Shown here: in pieces, positions 10,319 to 20,640 of the stretch
Position numbering within the stretch: the stretch's first letter is position 1
Layout of the letters: each line of letters begins with the position of its first letter
Source of the DNA: Candidatus Poribacteria bacterium
Lineage (GTDB): Bacteria; Poribacteria; WGA-4E; JAJDTR01
Length of the DNA stretch: 64,000 nt
Assembly (NCBI GenBank): GCA_965220415.1
Contig: OZ244829.1
Coordinates: 984,717 to 1,048,716 of the forward strand
Direction of reading: 5' to 3'
Notes under the pieces: model-generated
The model's database searches: none
What the model saw: the letters and a program-made list of their open reading frames with translations, nothing else
What the model was told of the DNA's origin: nothing
Made by a program: the position numbers and the translations under genes

Positions 10319-10910
10319 AAAACGAAGATTTGTGTTACCGATTTTCGACGCCCGACAATCAAGAGAATTTCAGCGGTGTAGTTGCCGCGAAGAGATTCCT
10401 GTCGTCCTGTGGCAATCCACGCGGTTGATCGCTGTTCGTTCGGGTTGATTGTTAGAGAGTGGCTGCGCATTACGATTCGATGGCGGAACTTCTCACGTTG
10501 ACTATCCCGCTGGGTCTGTCTAGTGAAACCCAACTCTCAGCCTACCGTATACCCGTGAACAGACAGGGTGCGATACTTGCGCCTACGACAATCATTCCGG
10601 TTTTGCAGAGGCAACCAAACGGTTACCTCAACTCATTCCGGAAGACTGTGCGCTCTAACTATACTACACACCGCTGGAAATTGCGTATTTTCAAGCGTCT
10701 GGCGGTAGTTGTAGGGTGGGATCAAACGACTGGATAAAGAGTGCGATAGAAATCCCCTGCCCACCATCAACGCGGTCACGTTGCGCGCCAGGGGAGCCAA
10801 CCATTTATCCCAAACTGATCGGAATGGTGGGCAATGCCCACCCTACAATCACTATTACAAACAGTAATTACAGGGAAAGAAAGCGCAATAATACCCAACG
10901 CAAAGTATAA

Positions 10911-11903
10911 ATGGATGACAAGCCTGCCATTTCCATTGTCGTTCCCGTGTACAACGAGGAGGACAATGTTCAATTACTCTATCAACAGATTCGAGACGTG
11001 TGCGAATCGCTGCGGCAATCTTATGAGATTGTTTTCGTTGATGACGGAAGTCGCGATCGAACATTCGAGATACTGGAAGAGATTCACAGCCAAGACCTCC
11101 GCTTGAAGGCAATCCGCTTCAGAAAAAACTACGGTCAGACAGCGGCGATGGCGGCTGGTTTTGAATTTGCGCGTGGCAACGTCGTGATTAGCATGGACGG
11201 GGATCTGCAGAACGATCCCGCAGATATTCCGCATCTCTTGGCGAAGATGGATGAAGGCTACGACATCGTCTGTGGTTGGAGAAAGAATCGCCAAGACAAG
11301 CTCTGGTCTCGACGTGTACCGTCAGTCGCCGCGAATTGGCTGATTGGTAAGGTTACGGGCGTTCAAATACATGATAACGGGTGCTCGCTCAAAGCGTATA
11401 GGGCATCTGTCATCAAGAATGTCACCCTTTATGGCGAGATGCACCGCTTCATTCCTGCTATGTCAACACTGGCAGGGGCACGCATTGCGGAGATTCCCGT
11501 GCATCACCATCCGCGTCGTTTTGGAAAGAGTAAATATGGGATTGGACGAGTTTGGCGAGTCGCGCTTGATATCGTCACAGTGAAGACGCTCACAGGTTTT
11601 GCATCACGTCCCGGATTATGGTTTGCCATATTTGGCGTACCCGTTTTCGTTTTGGGTTTGTCGACAATCCTCGCGGTGGCTGTTGCGCTCTTTGCGGGTA
11701 CTTTGGGGTCATGGAGCATTCCGTTCACCTTCGGTTTATTGTGTATGTTCTTGGGTGTACATTTACTCTCAACCGGGCTCTTAGCCGAACTGGGGTTGAA
11801 AACGGGGGATTACCTCCCCAAACGGGACGTGCGACCGTCTGTCACGGTGCTGGCGCCACCAGGAGGTGTTAATCACGACCAAAGCGAGGTAGAACCGGGA
11901 TAA
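10911..11903 (+). CDS. Family 2 glycosyltransferase, polyprenyl-phosphate sugar transferase type (DPM1/ArnC-like) with C-terminal TM helices
   Basis: ISIVVPVYNEEDNV...VFVDDGSRDRT...MDGDLQNDP (GT-A DxD fold) followed by 2 TM segments. Confidence 0.75.
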   Translation: MDDKPAISIVVPVYNEEDNVQLLYQQIRDVCESLRQSYEIVFVDDGSRDRTFEILEEIHSQDLRLKAIRFRKNYGQTAAMAAGFEFARGNVVISMDGDLQNDPADIPHLLAKMDEGYDIVCGWRKNRQDKLWSRRVPSVAANWLIGKVTGVQIHDNGCSLKAYRASVIKNVTLYGEMHRFIPAMSTLAGARIAEIPVHHHPRRFGKSKYGIGRVWRVALDIVTVKTLTGFASRPGLWFAIFGVPVFVLGLSTILAVAVALFAGTLGSWSIPFTFGLLCMFLGVHLLSTGLLAELGLKTGDYLPKRDVRPSVTVLAPPGGVNHDQSEVEPG

Positions 11904-11904
11904 C

Positions 11905-12855
11905 ATGCAGTCCACGAACGAAGTAACGCTTTCAGTCATAATACCAATAACTGAGCGGCATGACGACCTTCGGAAACTCTACCTCCACTATGCGGAAGCG
12001 CTCGCGGCAAGCAACTATTCGTACGAACTCATCTTTGTCTTGGATGGCGTTAATTTGGCGGTACTCGAAATCTTAAAGGAATTGAAGAGCGAGTTTCCGC
12101 AGATTGAAGTTATTACGACGAATCGAAAGTTTGGCGAAGCAACCGCTCTCGCTATCGGATTTGAGCGTGCCCTAGGCTCAACCATTCTGACACTGGCGCC
12201 CTTTCTGCAGATTGAACCGACTGAAATCAATCGCGTGCTTCAGGAATTCCGCGATGGAGAATACGATTTGGTAATATCGCGGCGAGAGCCCCGAATTGAC
12301 TCGGTTCTCAATCGGCTTCAGTCGTGGGTTTTTCACCTGCTTACGGGAATTCTGACGACGTTAAGATATCATGACATCGGCTGTCGGTTGCGCGTTATGA
12401 GGCGGGAGGTTGCGGAGGAGGTTCGACTCTACGGAGATCTTCACCGATTTTTGCCGTTTTTGGCTTATCAGCGAGGCTTTAAAGTTACTGAGGTTCCGGT
12501 ACGACAAAGCGAAACTGACAAGAAGCGGAGAGCAGGTCATCCTGGAACTTGCTTGAAAAGGTTGCTGGATCTCTTAACCCTATTTTTCCTTTTCAAGTTT
12601 ACGAAAAGACCTCTAAGATTTTTTGGGTTGCTTGGTTCAGGGCTATTTGGCGCTGGAGGGCTGATTGCGGTTGCTACGGTTGCTCTCCAACTCGTGGGGA
12701 ATGAAACTATCGCAGGGCGTCCATTTCTCATCTTGGGAATGCTACTGATGGTTTTGGGCGTTCAACTGTTTTCCATCGGTCTGCTTGGCGAGATTATTGT
12801 TTTTACGCATGCTCGGAAAATCAAGGATTATACCGTGTCAAAGATTCTTGAATAG
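11905..12855 (+). CDS. Family 2 glycosyltransferase (second, divergent DPM1/ArnC-like paralog) with C-terminal TM helices
   Basis: LSVIIPITERHDDL...LIFVLDGVN... GT-A-like N-terminus, C-terminal TM helices. Separated by 1 nt from the previous GT2, suggesting an operon. Confidence 0.6.
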   Translation: MQSTNEVTLSVIIPITERHDDLRKLYLHYAEALAASNYSYELIFVLDGVNLAVLEILKELKSEFPQIEVITTNRKFGEATALAIGFERALGSTILTLAPFLQIEPTEINRVLQEFRDGEYDLVISRREPRIDSVLNRLQSWVFHLLTGILTTLRYHDIGCRLRVMRREVAEEVRLYGDLHRFLPFLAYQRGFKVTEVPVRQSETDKKRRAGHPGTCLKRLLDLLTLFFLFKFTKRPLRFFGLLGSGLFGAGGLIAVATVALQLVGNETIAGRPFLILGMLLMVLGVQLFSIGLLGEIIVFTHARKIKDYTVSKILE

Positions 12856-13204
12856 CAAGGATTGGCAAGTTCCAATCAAGTATGGAATTACTACTGCTGT
12901 TTTTCTTTGGAAGATTCCGAGCAAGAGTGATTTGAGGAGGTTTCTCACTGAGATGAAATCACAAGATGGTCTATTTAACCCCTCATTAACGCGCATACCA
13001 CCTACCCGCCATTTGTATCTTCAACTATGGTTTCTTCCGCAACTAGTTTTTTCCTTAACCGATGCCATCATTATAGTTTTCACAATTCAGGAGTATATGT
13101 CCAATCTATATATTACCGTCGTGGAGATTACTGGACGGTCAAAGTTTCCGTCTACAGGAGACACATTGACGACAATTTGTTGCGAAAAATGCAATCTTAT
13201 TTGA
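12848..13204 (+). pseudogene. Possible degraded/alternative-start paralog of the 13265-13552 small membrane protein
   Basis: Segment SKDWQVPIKYGITTAVFLWKIPSKSDLRRFLTEMK parallels LKDWQAFIGFGITIAIFVWKVPSKNDLKDLRTEMK of the downstream gene. No in-frame ATG; only a TTG at 12848 that overlaps the GT2 stop. Confidence 0.3.
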
Positions 13205-13264
13205 CGCTACAACTCAAACAAGTTACAATTTCCCGCGTAAGAGAGATTGAATCTATAAGCAGGT

Positions 13265-13552
13265 TTGACAATGGAGGAACTTCTCAAGGACTGGCAGGCT
13301 TTTATCGGCTTCGGAATAACTATTGCGATTTTTGTATGGAAGGTTCCAAGCAAAAATGATCTGAAGGACCTTCGCACTGAAATGAAAGACCTTCGCGCTG
13401 AAATGAAGAATGTTCGCACTGAAATCAAGGAACTCCGCATCGAAATGAAGGCCGATTATATTGCTCTTGCAAAGAAAGTTGACGCGCTTAACCAGAACTT
13501 TATTGACCATCTGAATCTTCACGTAACAGCCAAGCAGAAAACCCCAGAATGA
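13265..13552 (+). CDS. Small single-TM protein with heptad/coiled-coil tail built from 21-bp tandem repeats
   Basis: 95 aa. TM helix FIGFGITIAIFVW, then DLRTEMK-DLRAEMK-NVRTEIK-ELRIEMK encoded by 4 x 21-bp tandem repeats at 13367-13450. Confidence 0.4.
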   Translation: MTMEELLKDWQAFIGFGITIAIFVWKVPSKNDLKDLRTEMKDLRAEMKNVRTEIKELRIEMKADYIALAKKVDALNQNFIDHLNLHVTAKQKTPE

Positions 13553-13839
13553 AAATACCATGCGATAGGGATGAGAACGGGCACACACTATATCGTTGAC
13601 CTATATAACCCAAGTACTACTTGGCCGTTCCCACATATGCGCAATGGATTTGTCAATCCATTGCGAGCCGATTGAGTCGATTTGTCTCACATTGACTCGG
13701 TTTGCAACATAATCTTATTAAGAGGTCGGGTTGGAAGAGATCTCTATCGCGTTCCTTTTCCAATCACTTAATCCCGCACCTACGGGAATTGGCAGTAACT
13801 TGAACTGTATACTTTGCAGCATTATATCTTCCCCGTGTA

Positions 13840-14433
13840 CTACGACAGCGCACCTTTCAACTCATGTGTCGATTCCGCGAGAGTGCCCGTTAGATAACGC
13901 GCCGCATTGTCCGAACTTCGATGCGGCGCCGGCTCGTTGGCGGGTATCATCTCCAGAGTGATAAGCGCGGGGCCATCCTCGTTTAAAATATCCGGGAGAG
14001 ATACATCAAGCGACTCTGCCGTGTTGAAGTCGTAGACTTTCTCCAATCCCACCCCCTTGGCAATCGCTGAAAAACTGAACCCTAAACGTCCCGGAATGTG
14101 CTGATTGCCCGTCACCTCATACGTCCCATTGTGACAGACAAAGAGGTAGAAGTTCCGAGCAGGCTTCTCCAGACCCGCAATAGTCGCAAGCGTTCCCAGA
14201 CACATCAACATGCTTCCATCGCCGTTGAGCGCCAGCACTTTTCGATCGGGCTGAGCCAGAGCGATGCCCAGAGCAAAGTCAGCCGCGTGCCCCATTGCAC
14301 TCCCTACGGAGGCGTAATCAAGCGGGTGGTCGGAAAGCTTACTCCACGGCATAGTGGTGCCCATGCTCGTAACCATTACTTCATCGGTACGGTATTTCGC
14401 AAGAATCCTTAAACATTCCTCTTTATCAATCAT
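13840..14433 (-). CDS. Thiamine-pyrophosphate-binding domain protein (sulfopyruvate/phosphonopyruvate decarboxylase β-subunit-like)
   Basis: 197 aa with TPP-binding GDGS...N motif (LALNGDGSMLMCLGTLATI). Size and pattern match stand-alone ComE-like β subunits. No α-subunit partner adjacent. Confidence 0.5.
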   Translation of the reverse strand: MIDKEECLRILAKYRTDEVMVTSMGTTMPWSKLSDHPLDYASVGSAMGHAADFALGIALAQPDRKVLALNGDGSMLMCLGTLATIAGLEKPARNFYLFVCHNGTYEVTGNQHIPGRLGFSFSAIAKGVGLEKVYDFNTAESLDVSLPDILNEDGPALITLEMIPANEPAPHRSSDNAARYLTGTLAESTHELKGALS

Positions 14434-14591
14434 TGTTTCTTGTTCCTCGCAATATATCTCTTGTTCTAAAAAATAAGCAAAGTTGTTACTCTTTCTGGTG
14501 GGATAAATAACTTAAAGACACAATACGCCATCCGAAAAACACAATTCCCACAATTTCCGACCAGTGATAACCGAGATTAAATAGTCGCAGT

Positions 14592-16067
14592 TCACTCCCT
14601 CGCTTGTTCGCCGTTCTCCTCTCTTGCTTTCCCCTCTTTCTCAGCTTCTTCCGACGATAATTTCAGCACCGGAGGCGTGTTAAGAGCGGTCGAAGTGATC
14701 TGGGCGTACTCATCAAACTCATCCTTTGCACCTAGACCATCCACCGCGTCTCCCCAAAGCGAAAATGCGTAGTATCTCAGGAGACCATTTTCATTCGGAC
14801 GCAACAGTGCCACTATTGAACCCAATCCGGAATCGAGCGACGGTAACTCCTCATATCTCTGATACCGATCCGTAGGAAAAATCACTCCCATACCACACTT
14901 ATTGGAATATGACGTAGTATGCGTGTCGCCCCACGTCCATAACCACCCGTTGGCGCCATCCTTCCCTACTCCGCCCTCAAGAGTCGGTATCCCTGTCGCA
15001 ATCCAATGGTTCGATGCAGTGCCACGGATATTGATATGGTGTTCAATCCAACGATTGCCACCGTAAATCATCACTGTTGATGTCAGACTTATCGCGCCGC
15101 TACTGAGCTGCCAATTCGGTATAATCCGTTGAACCACCGATCTAATTGGCCCGTCCGCAATGACCCGCACATAGTCAGCTACTCCAGTTGGAACAATGCG
15201 TTTCTGAAAATTTTCATCCCATAGTGCGAATCCGCCGCAACCGACTAAATTGTTCTCCGAGATTAGCGGAACCATAACCGCCTTGCCCTCGCCAGATTGA
15301 GCGATCTTTTGATCTACCAACCGGTCAATAGACAGTTCCTCCGCTCTGTAGATTTTCAGGTCATCCTCATGTTTGCGGACTAAGTACCTCTGCTGATTGT
15401 CTTGACTGCGAATCATCCAACTGGTGTACGGTTTCAGAATCTCGACCACGGTGTTTTGAGAAATCGGAATACTGTTTCTATCAAATTCCCTTCGCAATTC
15501 CGGTGAAACGGATTTCCGATATCCTAAATCACCTTGGAAACGTGACTCAACACTCAACAAGAGATCTGTTTGCTTACCATACGGTTGAATTGCTCCGTTT
15601 TGCAGGAGGCGATACGCGGCTAACTCGGACTCCAGCGCGGCTACGCCGCCCAACTCCGGGAATATGCCCGCCCGAGTACGCTTGTGAAACCCAAGCATCA
15701 CCGCCACCGGGTTGTCCGGAGTATAGCGGATTGTAAACACCTTGGTTTCTTGGGGTTCAAGGTCGGCAAGGAATACCAGTTCATCTTTTTGTCCATCATA
15801 GTTTAAATCATCCGCTTGACTTGGGATTTCTTGCGGGGGTTGGCCAGAAACGACGAGGTAGGCGTCAAACGTAAAGTCGGGAGCGATTTCCCTTAACTCA
15901 CTCAGAGAAACCACAACCGGGACATCCCTTCGTTGGATTGGCAGCGTGTTTTGAACGGCGAGTTTTATTTGCGGAATTTTTCTATTTCTGCTGCCGGGAG
16001 GAGCACAACCAATTAATCCAAATATGAGAGCCAGAATCCAACAGTGCCGCCAGTTGAGTTTAATCAA
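14592..16067 (-). CDS. Hypothetical lipoprotein (lipobox LIGC)
   Basis: N-terminal signal peptide ending in lipobox-like L-I-G-C. 491 aa. No family recognised. Confidence 0.4.
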   Translation of the reverse strand: MIKLNWRHCWILALIFGLIGCAPPGSRNRKIPQIKLAVQNTLPIQRRDVPVVVSLSELREIAPDFTFDAYLVVSGQPPQEIPSQADDLNYDGQKDELVFLADLEPQETKVFTIRYTPDNPVAVMLGFHKRTRAGIFPELGGVAALESELAAYRLLQNGAIQPYGKQTDLLLSVESRFQGDLGYRKSVSPELRREFDRNSIPISQNTVVEILKPYTSWMIRSQDNQQRYLVRKHEDDLKIYRAEELSIDRLVDQKIAQSGEGKAVMVPLISENNLVGCGGFALWDENFQKRIVPTGVADYVRVIADGPIRSVVQRIIPNWQLSSGAISLTSTVMIYGGNRWIEHHINIRGTASNHWIATGIPTLEGGVGKDGANGWLWTWGDTHTTSYSNKCGMGVIFPTDRYQRYEELPSLDSGLGSIVALLRPNENGLLRYYAFSLWGDAVDGLGAKDEFDEYAQITSTALNTPPVLKLSSEEAEKEGKAREENGEQARE

Positions 16068-16191
16068 ACTGAATTACTCCTTAAAACCAAAAATAGGTAT
16101 ACAGAAAATAGCGCTTTTTCATTTCTTCGCAGTATCCGCGTCGACAATGACATTCTATCATAGTCAATGGGGATTGCCAATTCAAAATCGC

Positions 16192-17334
16192 CTACGGAAG
16201 AACCTCTAAGACCTGTTCAATCTCTTCGATCGTGTTATAATAGTGTGGTGACAGGCGCAAACCTCCGCGTTCGGCGGAAACCACATTCGCTCGTTTCAGC
16301 AGTTCGTAAAGTTCGGTTGTCGAATGGCGATCACTGCGGAATACAACGATACCGGATCTCTCCGATTCCTGGGTTGGGGTTGACACGCTGTACCCCTTGG
16401 ATTGGAGCCCGTCAATCAAGCGTCCGGTCAGTTCCAATACGCGGTTCTCAATGTGCGGCACACCGATTTCCAAGAGCAGATCAATGGCGGCGTGCAATCC
16501 GAACAATCCTACGCTGTTGTACGACCCCTCCTCAAATCGTGTTGCGTCGGGTTTCGGCGTAAGATTGTAATTAAGGAAATCTCGAGGATTGACGACGCCG
16601 GCCCAGCCAAGATTTGTGTTGATTAGCTGATCCTGTCGTTCCTTCGCACAGTAAAAGATTGCCGCACCTTCGGGCGCGCACAACCATTTATGTCCGTCCG
16701 CCGCTAAGATGTCAATGCAGCACGCCTTCACGTCAACATCAATCACACCGACACTTTGTATCGCGTCCACGACGAACCAGATGCCCTTCTCTCGACAAAT
16801 CTGCCCTATTGTCTGAATATCGTGTCGAAATCCAGATGCAAACTCCACATGGCTGATTGTTAGCACCCGAGTGCGTGAGTCGATGGCAGCTTCAAGCTCA
16901 CCGATGGGAATCCGTCCTTTTCGCTCGGAAACCATTCGCGTTTCTACGCCGTACCGCTCCTTCAAACTCCACCACGGATATACGTTCGCGGGGAATTCCA
17001 CTGCCGTTGTTACGACGTTTTCACCCTCATGCCAATCGATCCCGTTTGCAGCGAGAAGAATCCCCTGTGTGGTGTTCTTCATAAACGCAATTTCATCGGT
17101 GTTAGCGTGGATTAGTTTCGCCGCCGATTGACGGCAGACTTCCGCCATCGCCACCCAATCCTCCGAGTGAATAGCTCCGTCGTCGGTAGCGTCGTTTAGA
17201 AACTCTCGCATGGCATCCCGTGCACGAAGAGATAGCGGAGCAATTCCCGCGTGATTCAAGTAGATGTGGTTCTCCGTCACCGGAAATTGCTCACGCCATT
17301 CATTCCAATTAATTACGGACGTTTCCGTTTTCAT
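16192..17334 (-). CDS. Class V aminotransferase-fold PLP-dependent enzyme (cysteine desulfurase/epimerase-like)
   Basis: FVVDAIQSVG...DGHKWLCAPEGAAIFY with a conserved Lys in a HK context typical of fold-type I class V enzymes. Confidence 0.65.
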   Translation of the reverse strand: MKTETSVINWNEWREQFPVTENHIYLNHAGIAPLSLRARDAMREFLNDATDDGAIHSEDWVAMAEVCRQSAAKLIHANTDEIAFMKNTTQGILLAANGIDWHEGENVVTTAVEFPANVYPWWSLKERYGVETRMVSERKGRIPIGELEAAIDSRTRVLTISHVEFASGFRHDIQTIGQICREKGIWFVVDAIQSVGVIDVDVKACCIDILAADGHKWLCAPEGAAIFYCAKERQDQLINTNLGWAGVVNPRDFLNYNLTPKPDATRFEEGSYNSVGLFGLHAAIDLLLEIGVPHIENRVLELTGRLIDGLQSKGYSVSTPTQESERSGIVVFRSDRHSTTELYELLKRANVVSAERGGLRLSPHYYNTIEEIEQVLEVLP

Positions 17335-17379
17335 ATAAAATCCCCGTCATCCGAGACGAATAATTCCCAATCGTTCGAG

Positions 17380-17754
17380 TCATTGACTTCGCAACGCCGC
17401 CAAAGCAAGCAAGAACCAGCCGATGATAAACGCCAAGCCGCCGATTGGCGTAATCGCGCCGAGTTGGCGGATTCCGGTCAGACTCAATGCATAGAGACTT
17501 CCGGAAAAAATGGCAATACCGGATACAAAGAGCCAGCCGGCAGCGAGGACGAGTTGACTGTTCCACTGGGAAAAAGCCCAAGCAACCGCAATGAGTCCCA
17601 AGGCATGATACATTTGATAACGTGCGCCGATTTCGAAGATTGCCAACATTTCCGCCGAAAGCCTTGTTTTCAGCGCATGGGCGGCAAAGGCGCCCGTCGC
17701 CACCGAGAGCAGAGCGAAACCGGCTCCGAGAGAAAAGAAAATTCGTTGCATCAC
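17380..17754 (-). CDS. DUF423 (YgdD/TMEM256-like) small membrane protein
   Basis: 124 aa, four TM helices. Pattern AAHAL...YQMYHALGL...GSLYAL is characteristic of DUF423. Confidence 0.6.
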   Translation of the reverse strand: MMQRIFFSLGAGFALLSVATGAFAAHALKTRLSAEMLAIFEIGARYQMYHALGLIAVAWAFSQWNSQLVLAAGWLFVSGIAIFSGSLYALSLTGIRQLGAITPIGGLAFIIGWFLLALAALRSQ

Positions 17755-18139
17755 TGTTGTCCTCCTAATAAAAGAACCGTAATCAATTCACCGATAGACA
17801 ATTTCCCACTAACAGCACAGAGTATACCATGCCTTGAACGATGCAGGTTGAAAGAAATCCCTCATTGCGCGTGTGGTGTAGCTTAGGTTGGCAGTGAATC
17901 TCCCGAACTTTTGAATTCCTGAATTAGCGGATGCGGCATTCTCACTCTGTTTTCTTGTTATGTGTCTCCGTCTTTTCGCTGCTGATGTCCCGTATCCATA
18001 ACACCTCTATGTGATGCCATGTTTGAGCAAGTATTTGTCCAATCCGTAACCCACATTTTCGCTTGCTTTTCCTATAGGCGTGTGCTAAAATCACGAAATA
18101 TCTGTGGTAGATTGACACCGTAAGGAGACTCGCAACAAC

Positions 18140-20209
18140 ATGAGAGAATACCGGACAGAACAGATTCGAAACATCGGAGTAATTGCACATTCTGGCGCGG
18201 GAAAGACATCGTTGATTGAGGCTATGCTCTATAATGGAGGTGCGGTTGAGCGGATGGGGCAAGTCGACCAGGGAACCACCGTAGCCGATTACTCTCCGGA
18301 CGAAATAGAACGTAAAACGACACTTAACTGTTCAGTTTGTATTGCAGAGTGGAATGAACGCAAGCTAAATATCATTGACACCCCGGGAGCTGAAGATTTC
18401 TACGGCGATCTTGAGAGCGTACTCCGCGTTTCTGACGCCGTTGTAGTAGTGATTGACGCAACCACCGGCGTAGAGGGGGGCACCGAAAAAGTATGGGAAA
18501 TCGCGGACAAGTATAATCTACCACGGTTGATTTTTGTTAACAAAATGGATAAGGAGAATGCCAACTTTGAAGGCGCGTTAACGAGTGTAGAGGAGGTTTT
18601 AGAGGTAAGCGCTTCCGTCGTGCAACTCCCGATTGGTGCAGAAGACAATTTCACGGGCGTGGTAGATCTTGTTCAGATGAGCGCGCTCGCGAAACCTGAC
18701 GGTAACAAGCCGGCGCCGAAGTCGGACATTCCATCCGACCTTGAAGCGCAGGCAACAGAACATCGCGAACAACTCGTTGAGGCTGCCGCAGAGGGTGACG
18801 ATGAGTTAATTGAGAAATTTTTTGAAGGTGAACTGACGGATGAGGAGATTAGCGTTGGCTTACAGTCTGGTGTTTCTACCGGCAACGTTGTTCCGGTGCT
18901 CTGTGGCGCCGCCCTCGAAAATATTGGCGTTCAGCAATTGATGGACACCATCGTAAACTGCTTCCCGTCTCCCAACAACGCCAAGCCCATTGAGAGCGCC
19001 GATGATGAAACGACACTTGAGGCGTCACCGGACGCAACTATGTCTACTCTCGTGTTTAAGACAATGGCAGACCCGTTCTCGGGGCGGCTTACGTTCTTTC
19101 GGGTCTATTCCGGCATTCTGAATGGAGATTCCCAAGTATTCAACTCGACACGAGGAGAGAACGAGAAGATTGGAAAGCTGGCTTTCAGTCAGGGCAAGAC
19201 ATCCATCAGCACTACGCAAGTGGTTGCGGGCGACATCGGAGTTGTCCCCAAACTCTCGATCACACAGACTGGAGACACATGGTGCGAGGCTGGGGATGCC
19301 ATTCAGCTTCCCGGAATCGAATTTCCGAAACCCGTGATTTCATTTGCCGTCAAACCTCTGCGCGAAGGCGATGATGAAAAACTCATATCTACCTTGAACC
19401 GAATGACGGAAGAGGACCCGACCTTCCGACTTGAGCGAAACGACATCACCTCACAACTCCTTGTTTCAGGATTGGGAGAGCTGCACATCAGCCTCACGCG
19501 GGAACGAATGAAAGATCGGTTCGGTGTTGAAACTGACGTTGAACCTCCCAAGGTCCCGTATAGGGAGACACTTCGTAGACGTGTCAGCGGTATTCAGGGT
19601 AGATACAAACGCCAATCCGGCGGCCGTGGACAATTTGGCGATTGCTGGATAAACGTTGCACCGCTTGAACGAGGCAGCGGGTTTGAATTTGTAGATAGCA
19701 TCGTTGGCGGGTCGATTCCAAGAAATTATATACCCGCCGTGGAGAAGGGAATCCGCGATAAAATGGAACAGGGAATCATTGCCGGCTATCCGCTCGTTGA
19801 CACCCAGATCGAACTTTACGATGGTAAGTATCATCCCGTCGATTCGTCCGACTTTGCATTCCAAATGGCGGGTTCACTAGCTTTCTCGGCGGCAGCGGAC
19901 CAAGCGAATCCGGCGTTGCTCGAGCCGATTATGGATGTCTCAATATCGGTCCCCGAACAGTTTATGGGCGACATTATCGGCGATTTGAACAGTAAGCGGG
20001 GCCAAGTGATGGGAGTAGAGCAGTCGGGCAAGCGTCAAGTCATTCAAGCCAGTGCCCCGCTCGCTGAGATGCTCCGTTATTCGATTGACCTCAAATCGAT
20101 AACGAGCGCACGCGGGAGTTTTACGATGGAATTTTCCCGCTATGAAATTGTGCCCGATGAACTGGCCCAAAAGGTTGTTGCCATGGCGAAGGAGGAACAG
20201 AAGGAGTAA
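18140..20209 (+). CDS. fusA: Elongation factor G family GTPase (EF-G paralog)
   Basis: G1 motif AHSGAGKTS, DTPG, NKMD G-box motifs. 689 aa with domains II-V. N-terminus diverges from canonical EF-G, suggesting an EF-G2-type paralog. Confidence 0.75.
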   Translation: MREYRTEQIRNIGVIAHSGAGKTSLIEAMLYNGGAVERMGQVDQGTTVADYSPDEIERKTTLNCSVCIAEWNERKLNIIDTPGAEDFYGDLESVLRVSDAVVVVIDATTGVEGGTEKVWEIADKYNLPRLIFVNKMDKENANFEGALTSVEEVLEVSASVVQLPIGAEDNFTGVVDLVQMSALAKPDGNKPAPKSDIPSDLEAQATEHREQLVEAAAEGDDELIEKFFEGELTDEEISVGLQSGVSTGNVVPVLCGAALENIGVQQLMDTIVNCFPSPNNAKPIESADDETTLEASPDATMSTLVFKTMADPFSGRLTFFRVYSGILNGDSQVFNSTRGENEKIGKLAFSQGKTSISTTQVVAGDIGVVPKLSITQTGDTWCEAGDAIQLPGIEFPKPVISFAVKPLREGDDEKLISTLNRMTEEDPTFRLERNDITSQLLVSGLGELHISLTRERMKDRFGVETDVEPPKVPYRETLRRRVSGIQGRYKRQSGGRGQFGDCWINVAPLERGSGFEFVDSIVGGSIPRNYIPAVEKGIRDKMEQGIIAGYPLVDTQIELYDGKYHPVDSSDFAFQMAGSLAFSAAADQANPALLEPIMDVSISVPEQFMGDIIGDLNSKRGQVMGVEQSGKRQVIQASAPLAEMLRYSIDLKSITSARGSFTMEFSRYEIVPDELAQKVVAMAKEEQKE

Positions 20210-20496
20210 AGCAGGCGAGAATCGACATCACGAAATCTGTGGTGCGTTCACATTTGACGAACTGAACCCATCTCCGTTCCCAGAGTCTTCGTCCCGATGC
20301 ACGTCGAGGCAATTTGGAACAATCGCAAATAACGAGAGTGTTGCGTGATGCTAAAATCGCGCAGGTCGAGGATCAAGCGTGCGAATAGATCAAGCGAATG
20401 GTTAATGAGCGCGATAGGGATCCAACCGTGCCCCTACCATAACGCACGTCTCGGCGCATTAACGACACGTTTCACATAAATGTCAGTAAAACCTAG

Positions 20497-20546
20497 TCAA
20501 AAAAGCACCCTCCTGGATTAGATGGAAATTGAAGGGTGCTTTTTTG
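20497..20546 (+). terminator. Putative Rho-independent terminator downstream of EF-G gene
   Basis: AAGCACCCT...AGGGTGCTT 9-bp stem followed by TTTTTTG. Confidence 0.4.
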
Positions 20547-20640
20547 TTAGACTAACCCGGTTGCCGCCTTTGTCCGACAGGGGCACAGAAACCTCTGTTT
20601 TCCGTTCATTGCTTCGCTAAACGGGTGAGAATAGATAAAA

